In this document: positions 28,957-40,468 of the stretch, piece after piece
Layout of the letters: every line of letters starts with the position of its first letter
Position numbering within the stretch: the first letter of the stretch is position 1
NCBI GenBank assembly: GCA_947085655.1
Contig: CAMTXH010000010.1
Location: 18,015-82,014, forward strand
Length of the DNA stretch: 64,000 nt
Source of the DNA: an uncultured Omnitrophica bacterium
Lineage (GTDB): Bacteria; Omnitrophota; Gorgyraeia; JACQQV01
Direction of reading: 5' to 3'
Position numbers and translations under genes: made by a program
Notes under the pieces: model-generated
Told to the model about the DNA's origin: nothing
Database searches by the model: none
What the model saw: only the letters and a program-made list of their open reading frames with translations

Positions 28957-30009
28957 CTATACCTCTTTGGCCACCAAGTCCCCCACTTCGGTCGTGGAGT
29001 AACCCATCTTTCCCGCCGAAAGACTCTTTAACTTTTGAGTCACCGTCTGGATGGCATTCTCGATCCGTGAGGCCGCCTTCGGCTCGCCCAGATACTCAAG
29101 CATGATCTGACCTGCGGCAATCGCCGCCAAAGGATTAATGACATTTTTGCCGGTGTATTTCGGGGCGGACCCGCCGATCGGCTCGAACATGGAGACCCCT
29201 TCCGGATTCAAGTTGCCGCCTGCGGCAATTCCCATGCCTCCCTGAATCATCGCACCGAGGTCCGTGATGATATCCCCGAACATGTTATCCGTCACAATCA
29301 CATCAAACCATTCCGGATTCTTCACCATCCACATGCAGGTCGCATCCACATGGGCATAATCGGTCGTCACATCCGGGTAATCCTTCGCGACCTGGTTGAA
29401 TACCCGCTGCCAGAGGTCATGCGCATAGTTCAAGACGTTTGTTTTTCCGCAGAAGGTCAGTTTCTTTTTCTTATTCCGTTTCCGGGTGTATTCAAAGGCA
29501 AAGCGGATGCACCGCTCCGCTCCTTTGTACGTGTTGATCGACTCCTGAATCGCCGTCTCCTCCTTTGTCCCTTTCTTTTCGAAGCGCCCGATTCCCTTAT
29601 AGAGCCCTTCCGTATTCTCGCGGACCACCACAAAATCGATTTCCTCTGGGCCCTTATCCTTGAGAGGCGTCCAGACTCCCGGATAGAGTTTCACCGGACG
29701 GAGATTGATGTACTGATCCAGATCAAAGCGGATCTTAAGGAGAATCCCCCGCTCGAGAATTCCGGGCGCCACATCCGGGTGCCCGATCGCCCCAAGGTAG
29801 ATGGCATCCTTTTTCCGGAACTCCGAAAGGGCCGCATCCGGAAGGATTTCCTTTGTCTTCAAATAATGGATGCCGCCGTAAGGGTACGTTTCAAAGTCAA
29901 ACGCCACCCCGTCCCGTTTCCCGACCGCATTCAAGACCTTGATTCCCTCCCGAATCACTTCAGGGCCGGTTCCGTCCCCAGGAATGACCGCAATCTGATA
30001 CCGTTTCAT
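28957..30009 (-). CDS. leuB: 3-isopropylmalate dehydrogenase
   Basis: [33 protein letters not shown]; adjacent to leuD. Confidence 0.92.
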   Translation of the reverse strand: MKRYQIAVIPGDGTGPEVIREGIKVLNAVGKRDGVAFDFETYPYGGIHYLKTKEILPDAALSEFRKKDAIYLGAIGHPDVAPGILERGILLKIRFDLDQYINLRPVKLYPGVWTPLKDKGPEEIDFVVVRENTEGLYKGIGRFEKKGTKEETAIQESINTYKGAERCIRFAFEYTRKRNKKKKLTFCGKTNVLNYAHDLWQRVFNQVAKDYPDVTTDYAHVDATCMWMVKNPEWFDVIVTDNMFGDIITDLGAMIQGGMGIAAGGNLNPEGVSMFEPIGGSAPKYTGKNVINPLAAIAAGQIMLEYLGEPKAASRIENAIQTVTQKLKSLSAGKMGYSTTEVGDLVAKEV

Positions 30010-30542
30010 TTCCGGAGCATCCTTTTTGCGTATTCAAACACATCCCCCGCCTCCAGAATCTCCCGGACCGCACCGATCGGGCGGAGGGTGTATGTTTTGT
30101 TTTGGGTGAAATTTTTCATTTTCGATTCCGAAAGCGAAATTTCCACCTCATCCCCGGTCTTCACCTTGTCGCAGAGCCGCTCTTCGCTTTCCAGAGGAAT
30201 CAAAAGGGCCGCGTTGACGCTATTCCTGAAAAAAATCCGGGCATAGTAGGAAGCGACCACCGCCCTCACCCCGGAGGCGTTCAGCGCCCCGGGTGCCTGC
30301 GCGCGGGAAGAGCCGCATCCGAAATTCTCCCCCGCCACAATAACGGTGTAAGGGGATTTCCCCCTTTTTTTGTCGATAAAGGGGGGCAATGTCTCCGGAA
30401 GCCCTTCGAGGGCATGGCTCCCCAATTCATCCTTTTGCGCGGGATTGGTGTGGCTTAGGTTCAGGTATTGGGCCGGAATGATGACATCCGTGTCGATGTT
30501 ATCTCCCAACACATACGCTTTTCCGGTAATTCGGTCTTCCAT
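30006..30542 (-). CDS. leuD: 3-isopropylmalate dehydratase small subunit
   Basis: DNIDTD.IIP, NFGCGSSR, ARIFFRN. Confidence 0.9.
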   Translation of the reverse strand: MEDRITGKAYVLGDNIDTDVIIPAQYLNLSHTNPAQKDELGSHALEGLPETLPPFIDKKRGKSPYTVIVAGENFGCGSSRAQAPGALNASGVRAVVASYYARIFFRNSVNAALLIPLESEERLCDKVKTGDEVEISLSESKMKNFTQNKTYTLRPIGAVREILEAGDVFEYAKRMLRK

Positions 30543-30558
30543 AATTCCTCGGCGACCC

Positions 30559-30864
30559 TTAGATCAGCCCCATCTTCCGTAAGCGTTTAAAGAGTTCTCG
30601 ATAGACCTCATCATCCCTGCGGATACCCACCTTTAGCACAAGGACTCGAACTTCTCTCTTGTAGATACGATAAATGACGCGGTAGTCTTCCACGCGAAGC
30701 CGGTAATATCCTTTAAACTCGCCTACAAGGGGCTTCCCATAATTTTCCGGATGACTGGTAAGCTTTTCCTCAATGGCTTGGAAAATTTTTCTGCGGATTC
30801 TGAGGTCCAACCCCTTTAAGTCCTCGGTAATGACCAAGGGATGGATGGCGACTTCCCACATCAA
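30559..30864 (-). CDS. RelE/ParE family toxin
   Basis: YGKPLVGEFKGYYRLRVEDYRVIY...VGIR. Confidence 0.9.
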   Translation of the reverse strand: MMWEVAIHPLVITEDLKGLDLRIRRKIFQAIEEKLTSHPENYGKPLVGEFKGYYRLRVEDYRVIYRIYKREVRVLVLKVGIRRDDEVYRELFKRLRKMGLI

Positions 30865-31140
30865 TTAGCAAATCCCTGCCCGTTTCTTCGCTTCCTGCAA
30901 AGAAAGAGGTTTCCCCTTTCTCTCTCTCTGCTTTGCCAAGGCCGCAAGACCATAGTCTTCAATGAACTCAAGGAGCGATTCCAAGCGCTCAAATTCCTCG
31001 ATAGAAAGGAGCATCGCAACAGGTTTATTGCGTTTTTCAATCATCACGTGATGCTTCTTGATTTCTTCTAAGATCGCATCGATCTTTGTTCGAAACTCGG
31101 AGACCCCCACTAACGTCGTATCTTCCTTTACTGTAATCAT
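30865..31140 (-). CDS. Phd/YefM family antitoxin
   Basis: VGVSEFR...IEKRNKPVAMLLSIEEFE; ATG at 31140 lies downstream of the promoter. Confidence 0.88.
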   Translation of the reverse strand: MITVKEDTTLVGVSEFRTKIDAILEEIKKHHVMIEKRNKPVAMLLSIEEFERLESLLEFIEDYGLAALAKQRERKGKPLSLQEAKKRAGIC

Positions 31141-31159
31141 GCCGGTCACCCCCACATAC

Positions 31160-31188
31160 AGTATATCATGGGTCTTTTGAATTGTCAA
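31160..31188 (-). promoter_or_regulatory. Sigma70 promoter of TA module
   Basis: TTGACA-17 bp-TATACT with AT-rich upstream element. Confidence 0.8.
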
Positions 31189-31232
31189 ATAAATATACTA
31201 TTTAATTTAACTTTCAATAACCTATTTTAAGC

Positions 31233-31367
31233 CTATGAGTTACACCTCTCTTTAGGCTTCCAAATCGGAATCTTAAAGCGCACTCTGAGATCCCGATCCA
31301 ACATGACCCTTTTTCCGCGAATCTGGAAAATCTTACTTTCTATCTTTTCAACCGGAGCCAACTCCAT
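31233..31367 (-). pseudogene. Internally deleted ORF6N-domain gene relic
   Basis: SD GGAGG, then MELAPVEKIESKIFQIRGKRVMLDRDL; a shifted frame continues LRFRFGSLKRG. Confidence 0.7.
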
Positions 31368-31447
31368 CTCCTACCTCCTATGGGCATAGAACCTTTGAGT
31401 GGCTCCGTTTTAGATTGCTATCAAAGAACGATGTTTCAAAATCCGAA

Positions 31448-32776
31448 TTACAAGAATTCTCGTGGATCCGTAATATGCCCTGTAATCGCTGATGCTGCTA
31501 CCGTGTACGGTGAAGCGAGATAAATCTGCGCCTTTTTGGATCCCATCCGGCCGACAAAATTCCGGTTCGTGGTGGTAATCACCACCGTCGTATCGGCCGC
31601 CCTCCCGATCGTATCGGCCGGGCCGCCGAGGCAGGCCTGGCATCCGGGCGGCATCGGTCCCTTGGCCCCCGATTCCTGGAAAATGGCGGCGAGTGTCTCG
31701 CCGTCAACCTTTTCGCGATGCAAATCGTCATAAATCTCCTTGGTCGCCGGCACGATAAAGGTTTCGATCTTGACCTTCTTTCCCTTCAGCACCTTGGCGG
31801 CCGCCCTGAAATCGGTGATTTTCCCTCCGGTGCAGGATCCGATATATGCCCTGTTCAGCGAAATATCCTTCAATTTCCGCGCCGTGTCATAGTTGTCGGG
31901 TGAATGCGGTTTGGCAATGCTCGGTTCGATCTCGCTTGCCTTGAATTCATGGATAGACGCATACCGGGCATCCGGGTCGCTTTTCACCACTTCAAAGGGC
32001 TTCTCGCTCCGCTCCCTGACATAGGCGAGGATATTTTCCGTCGGAGGAATGACGCCGTTTTTCCCCCCTGCTTCAATCACCATGTTGCAGAGGGTCATTT
32101 TCTCCTCAACGCTCAAACTTTCCACCCCTTCGCCGGTAAATTCCATCGCCTTGTAAGTGGCGCCCCCGATTCCGATAGTGCCGATGATTTTAAGAATCAG
32201 GTCCTTCGCCATCAAATAAGAGGGCAGTTTCCCGTGCACCACGAATTTCATCGTCGGAGGGACTTTCACCCAAAGTTTCCCGAGTCCCAAAATGAGCGCC
32301 GCATCCGCGTCCCCGATTCCGGTTGCAAAAGTCCCGAACGCCCCCGAAGTGCAGGTATGGGAATCGGTCCCGAAGAGAATCTCGCCGGGGCGGTTATGTC
32401 CTTTCTGGGCAAGGGCGATGTGACAGACGCCGGTATAGGTGTCGGAGAGTGTCTCAAACGTCCCCATGAAATCCTCCCCCACATCGTAGAAATATTTCAG
32501 CCCCTGTTCCTTCGCAAACCGGCGGACGAGGGCGATGTTCTCCTCCGATTTTTTGTCCTGGGTAAAGATGAAGTGGTCCGGGATAATCACCACTTTATCC
32601 GGATCCCAGACCTTTGCATCCGCCCCGAACTTTTCGTAGAAGACATTGACCGCACCGGGTCCGCAAATATCATGGGTCATGAGGACATCCGTCTCCACCC
32701 AGATATTCTCGCCCGGTTCCGCCTTCCGTTTCCCGGCCCCCCGGGCCAGGATTTTTTCGGTCATCGTCATTCCCAT
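31448..32776 (-). CDS. leuC: 3-isopropylmalate dehydratase large subunit
   Basis: MTMTEKIL, DH, GTDSHTCT, IGSCTGG, C..CLGG, TTNRNF.GRMG. Confidence 0.93.
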   Translation of the reverse strand: MGMTMTEKILARGAGKRKAEPGENIWVETDVLMTHDICGPGAVNVFYEKFGADAKVWDPDKVVIIPDHFIFTQDKKSEENIALVRRFAKEQGLKYFYDVGEDFMGTFETLSDTYTGVCHIALAQKGHNRPGEILFGTDSHTCTSGAFGTFATGIGDADAALILGLGKLWVKVPPTMKFVVHGKLPSYLMAKDLILKIIGTIGIGGATYKAMEFTGEGVESLSVEEKMTLCNMVIEAGGKNGVIPPTENILAYVRERSEKPFEVVKSDPDARYASIHEFKASEIEPSIAKPHSPDNYDTARKLKDISLNRAYIGSCTGGKITDFRAAAKVLKGKKVKIETFIVPATKEIYDDLHREKVDGETLAAIFQESGAKGPMPPGCQACLGGPADTIGRAADTTVVITTTNRNFVGRMGSKKAQIYLASPYTVAASAITGHITDPREFL

Positions 32777-32793
32777 CTGATTACCCTTTAAAA

Positions 32794-33588
32794 TTATGTT
32801 CCGATGATTCCTTCAACCGGACTTGAAGCGGAAGCGTACCTTTTCCTCGGAATCCGGCCCGCCTCAAAAGCGAGCCGGCCCGCCTCCACCGCCAGTTTCA
32901 TGGCGCGCGCCATCTTGACCGGATCTTTGGCGCCCGCGATCGCCGTATTCATCAACACACCGTCCGCCCCCAGTTCCATCGCAACAGAAGCATCCGACGC
33001 GGTTCCGACCCCCGCATCCACAATCACCGGAATCGACACCGCTTCCTTAATAAAGGTAATGTTCAGCCGGTTCTGAATCCCCATGCCGGAGCCGATCGGG
33101 GCGGCAAGCGGCATCACACAGGCGGCCCCTGCTCCCTCCAGTTTCTTAGCCATAATCGGGTCGTCGTTCGTATACGGCATCACGATAAATCCCTCTTTCA
33201 CCAACACGCGGGTTGCGGCAAGGAGCGCTTCGTTGTCCGGAAGAAGGGTCTTTTCATCGCCGATCACTTCCAGTTTAATCAGATTCGTCCCGACCGCCTC
33301 GCGCGCCAGATGTGCAGTCCGGATCGCATCCTCCGCGGTATAGCATCCCGCCGTATTCGGAAGGAGGGTGAAACGTTTCCGGTCGATGTAATCCAAGAGC
33401 GATTCTTTGGTCGGGTCGTCCAAATTGACCCGCCGCACGGCGACCGTCACCATCTCCGCCCCGGAGGCCTCATGGGCCTTTTGCATCAGTTTGAAATCAG
33501 CATATTTGCCGGTGCCGACAATCAGCCGGGAATGAAACACCCGCTCCCCAATCACCAAGCCCTCAACCGCTTGCTTCACCTGCACCAT
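32794..33588 (-). CDS. thiG: Thiazole synthase
   Basis: [42 protein letters not shown]. Confidence 0.97.
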   Translation of the reverse strand: MVQVKQAVEGLVIGERVFHSRLIVGTGKYADFKLMQKAHEASGAEMVTVAVRRVNLDDPTKESLLDYIDRKRFTLLPNTAGCYTAEDAIRTAHLAREAVGTNLIKLEVIGDEKTLLPDNEALLAATRVLVKEGFIVMPYTNDDPIMAKKLEGAGAACVMPLAAPIGSGMGIQNRLNITFIKEAVSIPVIVDAGVGTASDASVAMELGADGVLMNTAIAGAKDPVKMARAMKLAVEAGRLAFEAGRIPRKRYASASSPVEGIIGT

Positions 33589-33669
33589 TTTCGTAACTCC
33601 TTGAAAATAAAAGTGTTGGAAATTTTCTTAAAACGAGACGAACATTCTCTTTTACTTCTCAAATTATTT

Positions 33670-33698
33670 ATTATAACGTAGATTGTTTCGGGATGCAA
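33670..33698 (-). promoter_or_regulatory. Sigma70 promoter of thiG-leuC
   Basis: TTGCAT-17 bp-TATAAT in an AT-rich intergenic region. Confidence 0.75.
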
Positions 33699-33710
33699 GG
33701 ATTCGGGAAT

Positions 33711-34514
33711 TTAGCGCCGTTTTCCGAAACGGGGCATCGCCCCAAGGAGCTTTTGGGTATAAGGATGGGCAGGATGGGTAAAAAGATTCTCGGTGGATGC
33801 GACCTCCACCACCTTTCCGAAGCACATCACCACCACCCGGTCGGTGAGACTTTCCAGGACCCCGAGGTTGTGGGTAATAAAAAGGTAGGTGAGTTGATAT
33901 TTTTTCTGGAGGGAAAGAAGGAGATTCAGAACCTGCGCCTGCACCGAAAGGTCCAGAGAAGAGACCGGTTCATCCAGAATCAGCACCTCCGGCCCGGTCG
34001 CAAGGGCTCTCGCAATTCCGATCCGCTGGCGCTGTCCCCCCGAAAAAGCATGGGGAAATCGCCGGGCATGCTCTGGTTCAAGTCCCACCTGTTTTAAAAG
34101 TTCCGATACCCGGCCGGGGATTTCGCTGGGCTTGGTGAGTCCGTGGATCCAGAGCGGCTCTCCGATCATCTCTCCGATCCGCATCCTCGGATTAAGCGAA
34201 CCGAAGGGATCTTGAAAGACCGGTTGCACCCGACGGCGGAATATCTTCCACTCTTTCCGGGAAAAGGAAGAGAGGGTTTTTCCTTCAAAGACAACCTCTC
34301 CGGCTGTCGGAACGTCGAGCCCGAGGAGAAGCCGCGCCAAAGTTGATTTGCCGCACCCCGATTCCCCCACAAGGCCCAAGGTCTCGCCCCGGTAAAGAGA
34401 AAGATCGACTCCGTCAACCGCTTTGACCCACCCAAGCGCTCTCCCAGCCAATCCTCCCTTGAGAGGAAAATACCGCTTGAGAGAACGGGCCTCGAAAAGG
34501 GCGCCGTTTTTCAT
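33711..34514 (-). CDS. Oligopeptide ABC transporter ATPase (OppF/DppF-like)
   Basis: [29 protein letters not shown]. Confidence 0.95.
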   Translation of the reverse strand: MKNGALFEARSLKRYFPLKGGLAGRALGWVKAVDGVDLSLYRGETLGLVGESGCGKSTLARLLLGLDVPTAGEVVFEGKTLSSFSRKEWKIFRRRVQPVFQDPFGSLNPRMRIGEMIGEPLWIHGLTKPSEIPGRVSELLKQVGLEPEHARRFPHAFSGGQRQRIGIARALATGPEVLILDEPVSSLDLSVQAQVLNLLLSLQKKYQLTYLFITHNLGVLESLTDRVVVMCFGKVVEVASTENLFTHPAHPYTQKLLGAMPRFGKRR

Positions 34515-35488
34515 GATGGTCCCTTCGGGAATTTGGCCACCTTCTCCGCTTCGAAACAGGAAAACCGGTGGCCTGCCTTCTCTTCGTCAGGGGGATATTC
34601 CGTCTCGCATTTCGAAACCTTGAAGGAACATCTCGGGTGAAAATGGCAGCCCTTCGGAAGATCGCTCGGGTCCGGCAAAGAGCCCGAAATCGCCGTGAGT
34701 TCCGATTTCCGGAGTCCCGGTTTCGGGACACACCCGATCAGTCCGAGGGTATAAGGATGAAGGGGGCTTTGCAACACCTCCTCGGTCCGGCCCTTTTCCA
34801 CAATTTTTCCGCAGTACATGATGGCCGCCGAATCGGAGACCTGGGAGACGAGACTCAAATCGTGCGTGATAAAAAGGAGTCCGATACCGGTCTCCTCCTT
34901 CAACTTGATTAAGAGGGAGAGGATTTCATCCTGAATCGTCACATCGAGTGCCGTGGTCGGCTCATCCGCAATCAAAAGACGGGGATGCGAAGCAAGCGCC
35001 ATCGCAATCATGACCCGCTGCTTCATCCCGCCGGAGAGTTCATGCGGATAAGAGCGGAGCCGCCTCTCCGGCTCCCGGATTCCGACCCGCGAAAGGAGCG
35101 AAACACTCTCTTCTTTCGCCTCTTTCGAAGTCATCCGGCGGTGGAGTTGAAGCACTTCCCCGATCTGATCTCCGACCGAAAAGACCGGATTCAAGGAAGT
35201 GGCCGGCTCCTGAAAAATGTAGGCGATCTTTCCCCCGCGGACCCGGCGGAGTTCCACTTCCGGAAGCGCCAAAAGGTCCCGTCCCTCAAACAAGATATTC
35301 CCCTTCTCAATTTTTGCCGGCACACCCAGGAGCCGGGTGATGGAGAGCGCCGTGACACTTTTTCCGCATCCTGACTCCCCCACCAGCGCCAAAAATTCCC
35401 CTTCGTTCAGAGTGAGGCGAACGCCGTTCACCGCCTTCACCGGGCCAAAGGAGACATGCAGGTCCCGAATTTCAAGAAGAGGGCTCAT
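34511..35488 (-). CDS. Oligopeptide ABC transporter ATPase (OppD/DppD-like)
   Basis: [31 protein letters not shown]. Confidence 0.95.
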   Translation of the reverse strand: MSPLLEIRDLHVSFGPVKAVNGVRLTLNEGEFLALVGESGCGKSVTALSITRLLGVPAKIEKGNILFEGRDLLALPEVELRRVRGGKIAYIFQEPATSLNPVFSVGDQIGEVLQLHRRMTSKEAKEESVSLLSRVGIREPERRLRSYPHELSGGMKQRVMIAMALASHPRLLIADEPTTALDVTIQDEILSLLIKLKEETGIGLLFITHDLSLVSQVSDSAAIMYCGKIVEKGRTEEVLQSPLHPYTLGLIGCVPKPGLRKSELTAISGSLPDPSDLPKGCHFHPRCSFKVSKCETEYPPDEEKAGHRFSCFEAEKVAKFPKGPS

Positions 35489-36669
35489 TGGGGAATCCAG
35501 CCGATTTTCTGAAGATGGCGAAAAATGATTAGAGCGGCCAATTGATGGCCCTTTTCATTCCAATGTCCGTCTCCTGCAAAAACGAATTTCCTCTTCCCTT
35601 GGCTTTCACGGACAAAAGGGCCGATCGCATCGATATATTCGATGTCCTCTGCCTCTACAAACGACCTGATCTTTGTTTCTCGTTCGGCTTCCTCGATCCC
35701 TTCCGCGTACTCAGTAAAGGCGAATCGAATTCCCCTCTCGTCACAGACCGACTTCATCGCCCGAATCAATGCCTCTGTGATCTTTCTTGCTTCATCGGAG
35801 ACAGGCGTAAATCGCGGCCGTGGGGGATGGGGATAGGCGAATCCCGCCTTCACCATGATGCGATCAATCACCTCGATCTGGCGGAGGGCCGGAATCAGTC
35901 GACGGTACAAGAGGGACTTTCCTTTTAGAAACCATTTGAACCTAAGGAAGAGGGGATCCGATGCATCGGGAACCTCCGCTAAAAAGGCCCTTTCCTCAAG
36001 AAGGGCCTCATTGCGAGAACGTTCATCTTCTTCAAGAGACATCTGCCATAGATCGAAGGATTCAAAGGTCTGGGGAACCGGCACCCCTTTCAGAGAAAGC
36101 CGGCCGTCTTCCAGCAAAAAATAGGATTTGCCGAATTTCCGCTTGGGTTTGTGGATCGTGATGTTATTTTCGTCATCGTTCGGCACATAAATATAGAGAA
36201 CGATATCCGGGTCGTATCCGATTCCTTCGCGGGTCAAAAAGAGATAACTCTGATCGGTTCCGTACCCCCTGACCCCTGCATTGATGACCTCGGAGGGGGT
36301 CACGGAATCGATCAATCTTTCCAAAACAGAATCGATGACCTTTTCTTTTTCCACTTCCATCCCAAGGGCCACCGAGTCTCCCAAGAGGAGGATCCGAAGA
36401 GTCCCTTCCGGTTTTTGGATCGAAAATTCATTGTCTCTCAGACTCTGGGAGTTGATCGTTGCGGGCGCCCGAATTCGAAGATGCCGGTTCGAAAAAACGG
36501 CCTTCGCATTCGGTTGAAATCGCCAGCCCAAAACAGGATCGTAACGCCAGAGGAGTTCCTCGCCAGTCACCTCGCCGTAGAAAAGAGACTCGTAAGCCCT
36601 TAACACCCCCTCTGCGATCAGGCAGGTAACCGTAACGGAGAAGAAGACAAGCAAAATTTTTTTCATCAT
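35485..36669 (-). CDS. Membrane-anchored SGNH/GDSL hydrolase-family protein
   Basis: N-terminal [29 protein letters not shown]. Confidence 0.85.
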   Translation of the reverse strand: MMKKILLVFFSVTVTCLIAEGVLRAYESLFYGEVTGEELLWRYDPVLGWRFQPNAKAVFSNRHLRIRAPATINSQSLRDNEFSIQKPEGTLRILLLGDSVALGMEVEKEKVIDSVLERLIDSVTPSEVINAGVRGYGTDQSYLFLTREGIGYDPDIVLYIYVPNDDENNITIHKPKRKFGKSYFLLEDGRLSLKGVPVPQTFESFDLWQMSLEEDERSRNEALLEERAFLAEVPDASDPLFLRFKWFLKGKSLLYRRLIPALRQIEVIDRIMVKAGFAYPHPPRPRFTPVSDEARKITEALIRAMKSVCDERGIRFAFTEYAEGIEEAERETKIRSFVEAEDIEYIDAIGPFVRESQGKRKFVFAGDGHWNEKGHQLAALIIFRHLQKIGWIPQ

Positions 36670-37490
36670 TAGATTTGATCCCGCAGCCGGGGATCCAAGA
36701 GATCCCGAAGTCCCTCCCCGAGGAGGTTATACGCCAAAACGGTGACGAGAATCGCAAGTCCCGGGAAAAGCATCAACCACCAAGCAACATCTAAAACAGA
36801 TTTTCCCTCAATCAAAATACTGCCCCAGCTTACCCTTGGAGGCTGCACGCCGATCCCCAGAAAACTCAACACCGATTCTGTCAAAATGGCTCCGGCGATT
36901 CCAAGGGTCGCGCTCACTAGGACCGGGGTGATCCCATTCGGAATGAGATGACGCACAATAATCCGAAAAGGGCTCGCGCCAATTGCGCGGGCCGCGAGGA
37001 TAAACTCTTGCTCCTTCAACGACAAAATTTCAGCGCGGATAAAGCGCGCGACTCCCATCCAACTGGTAATCCCGATAACCACCATCACATTAAATATGTT
37101 CGGGCCAAGAATGGCAATGATCGCAAGGATCAAAAAGAGGGTCGGAAAACAAAGCATCACGTCTACAAAACGCATGATCAGAGTGTCGAGGCGACCTCCA
37201 AAATAGCCGGCGATCGAACCGAGAAAGATCCCGATCAAAACAGAAATCCCCACCGCCACAAATCCGACCGAAAGGGAGATCCTTGCTCCATAAAGCATCC
37301 GAGAAAAAACATCCCTTCCTAACTGATCTGTCCCCAGTAAGTGTTCCCGGGAGGGTCCTGTCAGGCGACTAGAAAGATCTATCTCGGAGGGGTCATAGGG
37401 CGCAAGGAGGGGGGCCAACAGGGCGATAACGACTAAGAACCCGATTAGAACCGTCCCAAAAAGTGCAAGTTTATTTCGAAAAAGTGTCAT
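36669..37490 (-). CDS. Oligopeptide ABC transporter permease (OppC/DppC-like)
   Basis: [23 protein letters not shown]. Confidence 0.95.
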   Translation of the reverse strand: MTLFRNKLALFGTVLIGFLVVIALLAPLLAPYDPSEIDLSSRLTGPSREHLLGTDQLGRDVFSRMLYGARISLSVGFVAVGISVLIGIFLGSIAGYFGGRLDTLIMRFVDVMLCFPTLFLILAIIAILGPNIFNVMVVIGITSWMGVARFIRAEILSLKEQEFILAARAIGASPFRIIVRHLIPNGITPVLVSATLGIAGAILTESVLSFLGIGVQPPRVSWGSILIEGKSVLDVAWWLMLFPGLAILVTVLAYNLLGEGLRDLLDPRLRDQI

Positions 37491-38479
37491 CCTGCCGGTC
37501 TTTCCTCTCCGAGGATCCGGATTCTCGGGTCCACGAGGCCATACGCAACGTCTGCCAAAAGATTCCCCAACAGAGTGAGAACTGCACCCATTACAAGCCC
37601 ACCCATGACAAGAGGATAATCCCGTGCCATGACTCCCTCAAAAAAGAGTCTTCCCAGCCCAGGAATGCCGAAGATCGTTTCAGAGATGACAGCGCCTCCA
37701 AGCAGCCCCGGAAGTGACAATCCTAAAATGGTCACGATAGGAAGAAGGGCATTCCGGAGGGCATGTTTGTAAATCACGAGTCCTTCCGGGAGCCCTTTGG
37801 CCCGGGCGGTCCGGATGTAGTCCTGCCGGATCACATTCAGCATGCTCCCCCGCATGTAACGAGAAATCCCGGCGAGACTTCCAGAAGTGGCAACAAAAAC
37901 CGGAAGAACTACATGTTTTCCGACATCGACCACTTGCTCCATCAAGGAGAAATGTTCGGTTCCAAAAGACCGGATCCCTGATACCGGAAGCCATCCCAAC
38001 TTTACCGAAAAAAGTTGCATCAGAAGAAGGGCCACCCAGAATCCAGGAGCCGCGAAACCGATAAAGACTAACACAGTGAGCGTTTTGTCTAGCAAAGAAT
38101 TGTGCCTCACAGCAGAAATAACACCAATGGGCAAGGCAACGAGGAAAACGATGATTAAAGAAAGAAAACTGAGGAAAAGAGTGATTGGGATGCGTTCCAC
38201 AATTTTGTCAAGGACGAGACGGTTGTCCTGAAAGGAGATTCCAAAATCGAATCGAACCAGGCGAGAAAGCCATCGCCAGTATTGCACATAAAGGGGTTGA
38301 TCGAGCCCGTAAAGCTTTTCGAGGCGCTGAATCGCTTCATAGGAAACCTTTGGATTCATCTCTGTTTGAAGTTGGGTCGGCTTCCCCGGAGCAAGGTGGA
38401 TCACCATAAAAGAAATGAGGGTAATGCCAATGAGAAGGGGAATCCGAGCCAGGAGCTGCTTTAACAGATAACGCTTCAT
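37487..38479 (-). CDS. Oligopeptide ABC transporter permease (OppB/DppB-like)
   Basis: [27 protein letters not shown]; ATG at 38479 coupled to upstream stop. Confidence 0.95.
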   Translation of the reverse strand: MKRYLLKQLLARIPLLIGITLISFMVIHLAPGKPTQLQTEMNPKVSYEAIQRLEKLYGLDQPLYVQYWRWLSRLVRFDFGISFQDNRLVLDKIVERIPITLFLSFLSLIIVFLVALPIGVISAVRHNSLLDKTLTVLVFIGFAAPGFWVALLLMQLFSVKLGWLPVSGIRSFGTEHFSLMEQVVDVGKHVVLPVFVATSGSLAGISRYMRGSMLNVIRQDYIRTARAKGLPEGLVIYKHALRNALLPIVTILGLSLPGLLGGAVISETIFGIPGLGRLFFEGVMARDYPLVMGGLVMGAVLTLLGNLLADVAYGLVDPRIRILGEERPAG

Positions 38480-40140
38480 TGGGTTAGGTATTTCTGTTGG
38501 TGCTTTGGTACATACCACTTGATAAAGTTGTGACCGACGCCTAACGGTGCCAGTTCGATCCCCTTGAATCGTGCATGGAAAATCGGTAGGGCATCCGGAA
38601 CGTACAGGAACGTACACGGCTGATCCTCATAGATCATCCAGTGAAGGCGGTGGTAAATCGCCTTGCGCTTTTCCTGATCGAACGTCCGGCGCCCCTCCTC
38701 GATCAACTGGTCCACCGCTTCATTGTGATACTGAATAAAGTTGAATTCCCCTGCACGCGTTTTGGAGGAATGCCAGATATCGTAAAGATCCGGATCCCGT
38801 CCAAGACCCCATCCGAGGATAAATGCTTCAAACTTTTTTTGATCGATGAACTGAGAAATGAAAGCGGTCCACTCGATAATCCAAATCTTGACTCGGATTC
38901 CTAGTTTTTCCCATTGCCGCTGAGCAAGTTCCGCAATCATCTTCCGCTGCTCATTCCCCTGATTGGTAATCAGCGTAAACTCGAAGCGTTCCCCCTCTTT
39001 ATCCAGCCAGCCGTCCCCGTCATGATCCTCCCAGCCGGCCTCGGCCAAAAGGCGCTTTGCTTCATCCGGATCGTAAGGGAGAGGGGACACTTTCGGATTA
39101 TAGGCCCAAGACGTTGGTACAAAGGGACCGGTACTTTCCCGACCAAGTCCAAAGAGGATGCCATCGATAATCGCCTGGCGGTTGAGCCCCATGGTTAAAG
39201 CCTTTCGGACACGAAGATCCTTAAATCGCGGATCGGCAAGATTATAACCAATATAGGCATAAGAAAAACTCGGATAGCGGAACCTTTGATATGTTTCCTT
39301 AAAGAAGGGGCTCCCAGTCTGTCGTTGGTATTGAAGGGGCGTCAGATTCAGTGAATCGACGCCTTCGACCCGGAGCTCCAGAAAAAGAGTCGACTGATCG
39401 GGGATGACGCGGTCAAGATAGCCGTCAATATAGGGACGTCCTTCAAAATAATCGGGGTTTACCTCGAGTTCGACATATTGTGCTGTCTTCCACTCTTTGA
39501 AGCGATAGGGCCCTGTTCCGATGGGATTTCTGGAAAAAGGGGTATTAGTCAAATCTTCGTTCTCCAGGAGGTGCTTCGGCATGACGGCCATTCCCCAGCT
39601 CGCCAGTCCCGGCGAAAACGGCTCTTTGTAGGTGACTTTGACGGTGTGGGAATCGACGATTTCAACATCTTTCACTCTCTCAAAATCGCCGCTGTAAGGG
39701 GTGGGGACTTTGGGGTCGATCAGTTTCTGGTAGGTGAAGAGGACATCTTCGCTGGTAAAGGGGTAGCCGTCATGCCAGCGGACATTTTTCCGAAGATGAA
39801 AAGTGATTTCCAATCCATCTTCGCTCACCTCCCACCGTTCCGCAAGATCCCCCGTGAGCTCGATGTTTGCATCGTACTTCACCAAGCCGTTGAAGACCTG
39901 GCCCACGATGGTGGCGGATGCCCCGTCCGAAGCAAGGATCGGAATCAGATTCTTCGGCTCGGCAATGGATCCGGTGATGAACCGATCTCCGGTGACCGGG
40001 ATCGGATCGGCAGAAAACTGTTTTTCTTCGGGCAGGTCCGCCCCTCCGCAGCCGGAGAGGAAAAACAGGGAAAAAAAGAGGATTTGAAGCGGTTTTAAAA
40101 AAAAGAAGGGGGCTGAATTAGGGAGAGGGGGGTGTTGCAC
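38476..40140 (-). CDS. Peptide ABC transporter substrate-binding lipoprotein (family 5)
   Basis: LSGC lipobox, [22 protein letters not shown]; start uncertain. Confidence 0.93.
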   Translation of the reverse strand: MQHPPLPNSAPFFFLKPLQILFFSLFFLSGCGGADLPEEKQFSADPIPVTGDRFITGSIAEPKNLIPILASDGASATIVGQVFNGLVKYDANIELTGDLAERWEVSEDGLEITFHLRKNVRWHDGYPFTSEDVLFTYQKLIDPKVPTPYSGDFERVKDVEIVDSHTVKVTYKEPFSPGLASWGMAVMPKHLLENEDLTNTPFSRNPIGTGPYRFKEWKTAQYVELEVNPDYFEGRPYIDGYLDRVIPDQSTLFLELRVEGVDSLNLTPLQYQRQTGSPFFKETYQRFRYPSFSYAYIGYNLADPRFKDLRVRKALTMGLNRQAIIDGILFGLGRESTGPFVPTSWAYNPKVSPLPYDPDEAKRLLAEAGWEDHDGDGWLDKEGERFEFTLITNQGNEQRKMIAELAQRQWEKLGIRVKIWIIEWTAFISQFIDQKKFEAFILGWGLGRDPDLYDIWHSSKTRAGEFNFIQYHNEAVDQLIEEGRRTFDQEKRKAIYHRLHWMIYEDQPCTFLYVPDALPIFHARFKGIELAPLGVGHNFIKWYVPKHQQKYLTQ

Positions 40141-40468
40141 CGGTCTCGCCTTCCGATGACGTCTCTTCAGCGACAGGCGGACGATCCGCTTCAGGAGTGC
40201 TTTCGGATGTCTCGACGGGAGGAGTGCTTTTCATGAGAGACATCCGGCCCCGGCTTGAAAGAATGCCGAGCGAAAGACAGGTGACAAGAAAAAGGATGGC
40301 GCAGACAGAGGTGGCGCGGTTTAAAAAGGAAGAGCTTTTGGTTCCGAAGAGCTGCTGTGAGGCCCCTCCGAAGGCCTCCGAAAGCCCCCCGCCCTTTCCG
40401 GCCTGAAGGAGAATGACGCCGATCAGTACAAGACTCACGATCACATGGAGAATAATGAGAAATATCAT
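40118..40468 (-). CDS. secG: Preprotein translocase subunit SecG
   Basis: ILLQAGKGGGL..AFGG, two TMs, follows tpiA. Confidence 0.93.
   Translation of the reverse strand: MIFLIILHVIVSLVLIGVILLQAGKGGGLSEAFGGASQQLFGTKSSSFLNRATSVCAILFLVTCLSLGILSSRGRMSLMKSTPPVETSESTPEADRPPVAEETSSEGETGATPPSP

Noticed and set aside
33589-33670. TPP riboswitch upstream of thiG
   Set aside because: Leader is short and AT-rich and lacks the conserved TPP aptamer motifs
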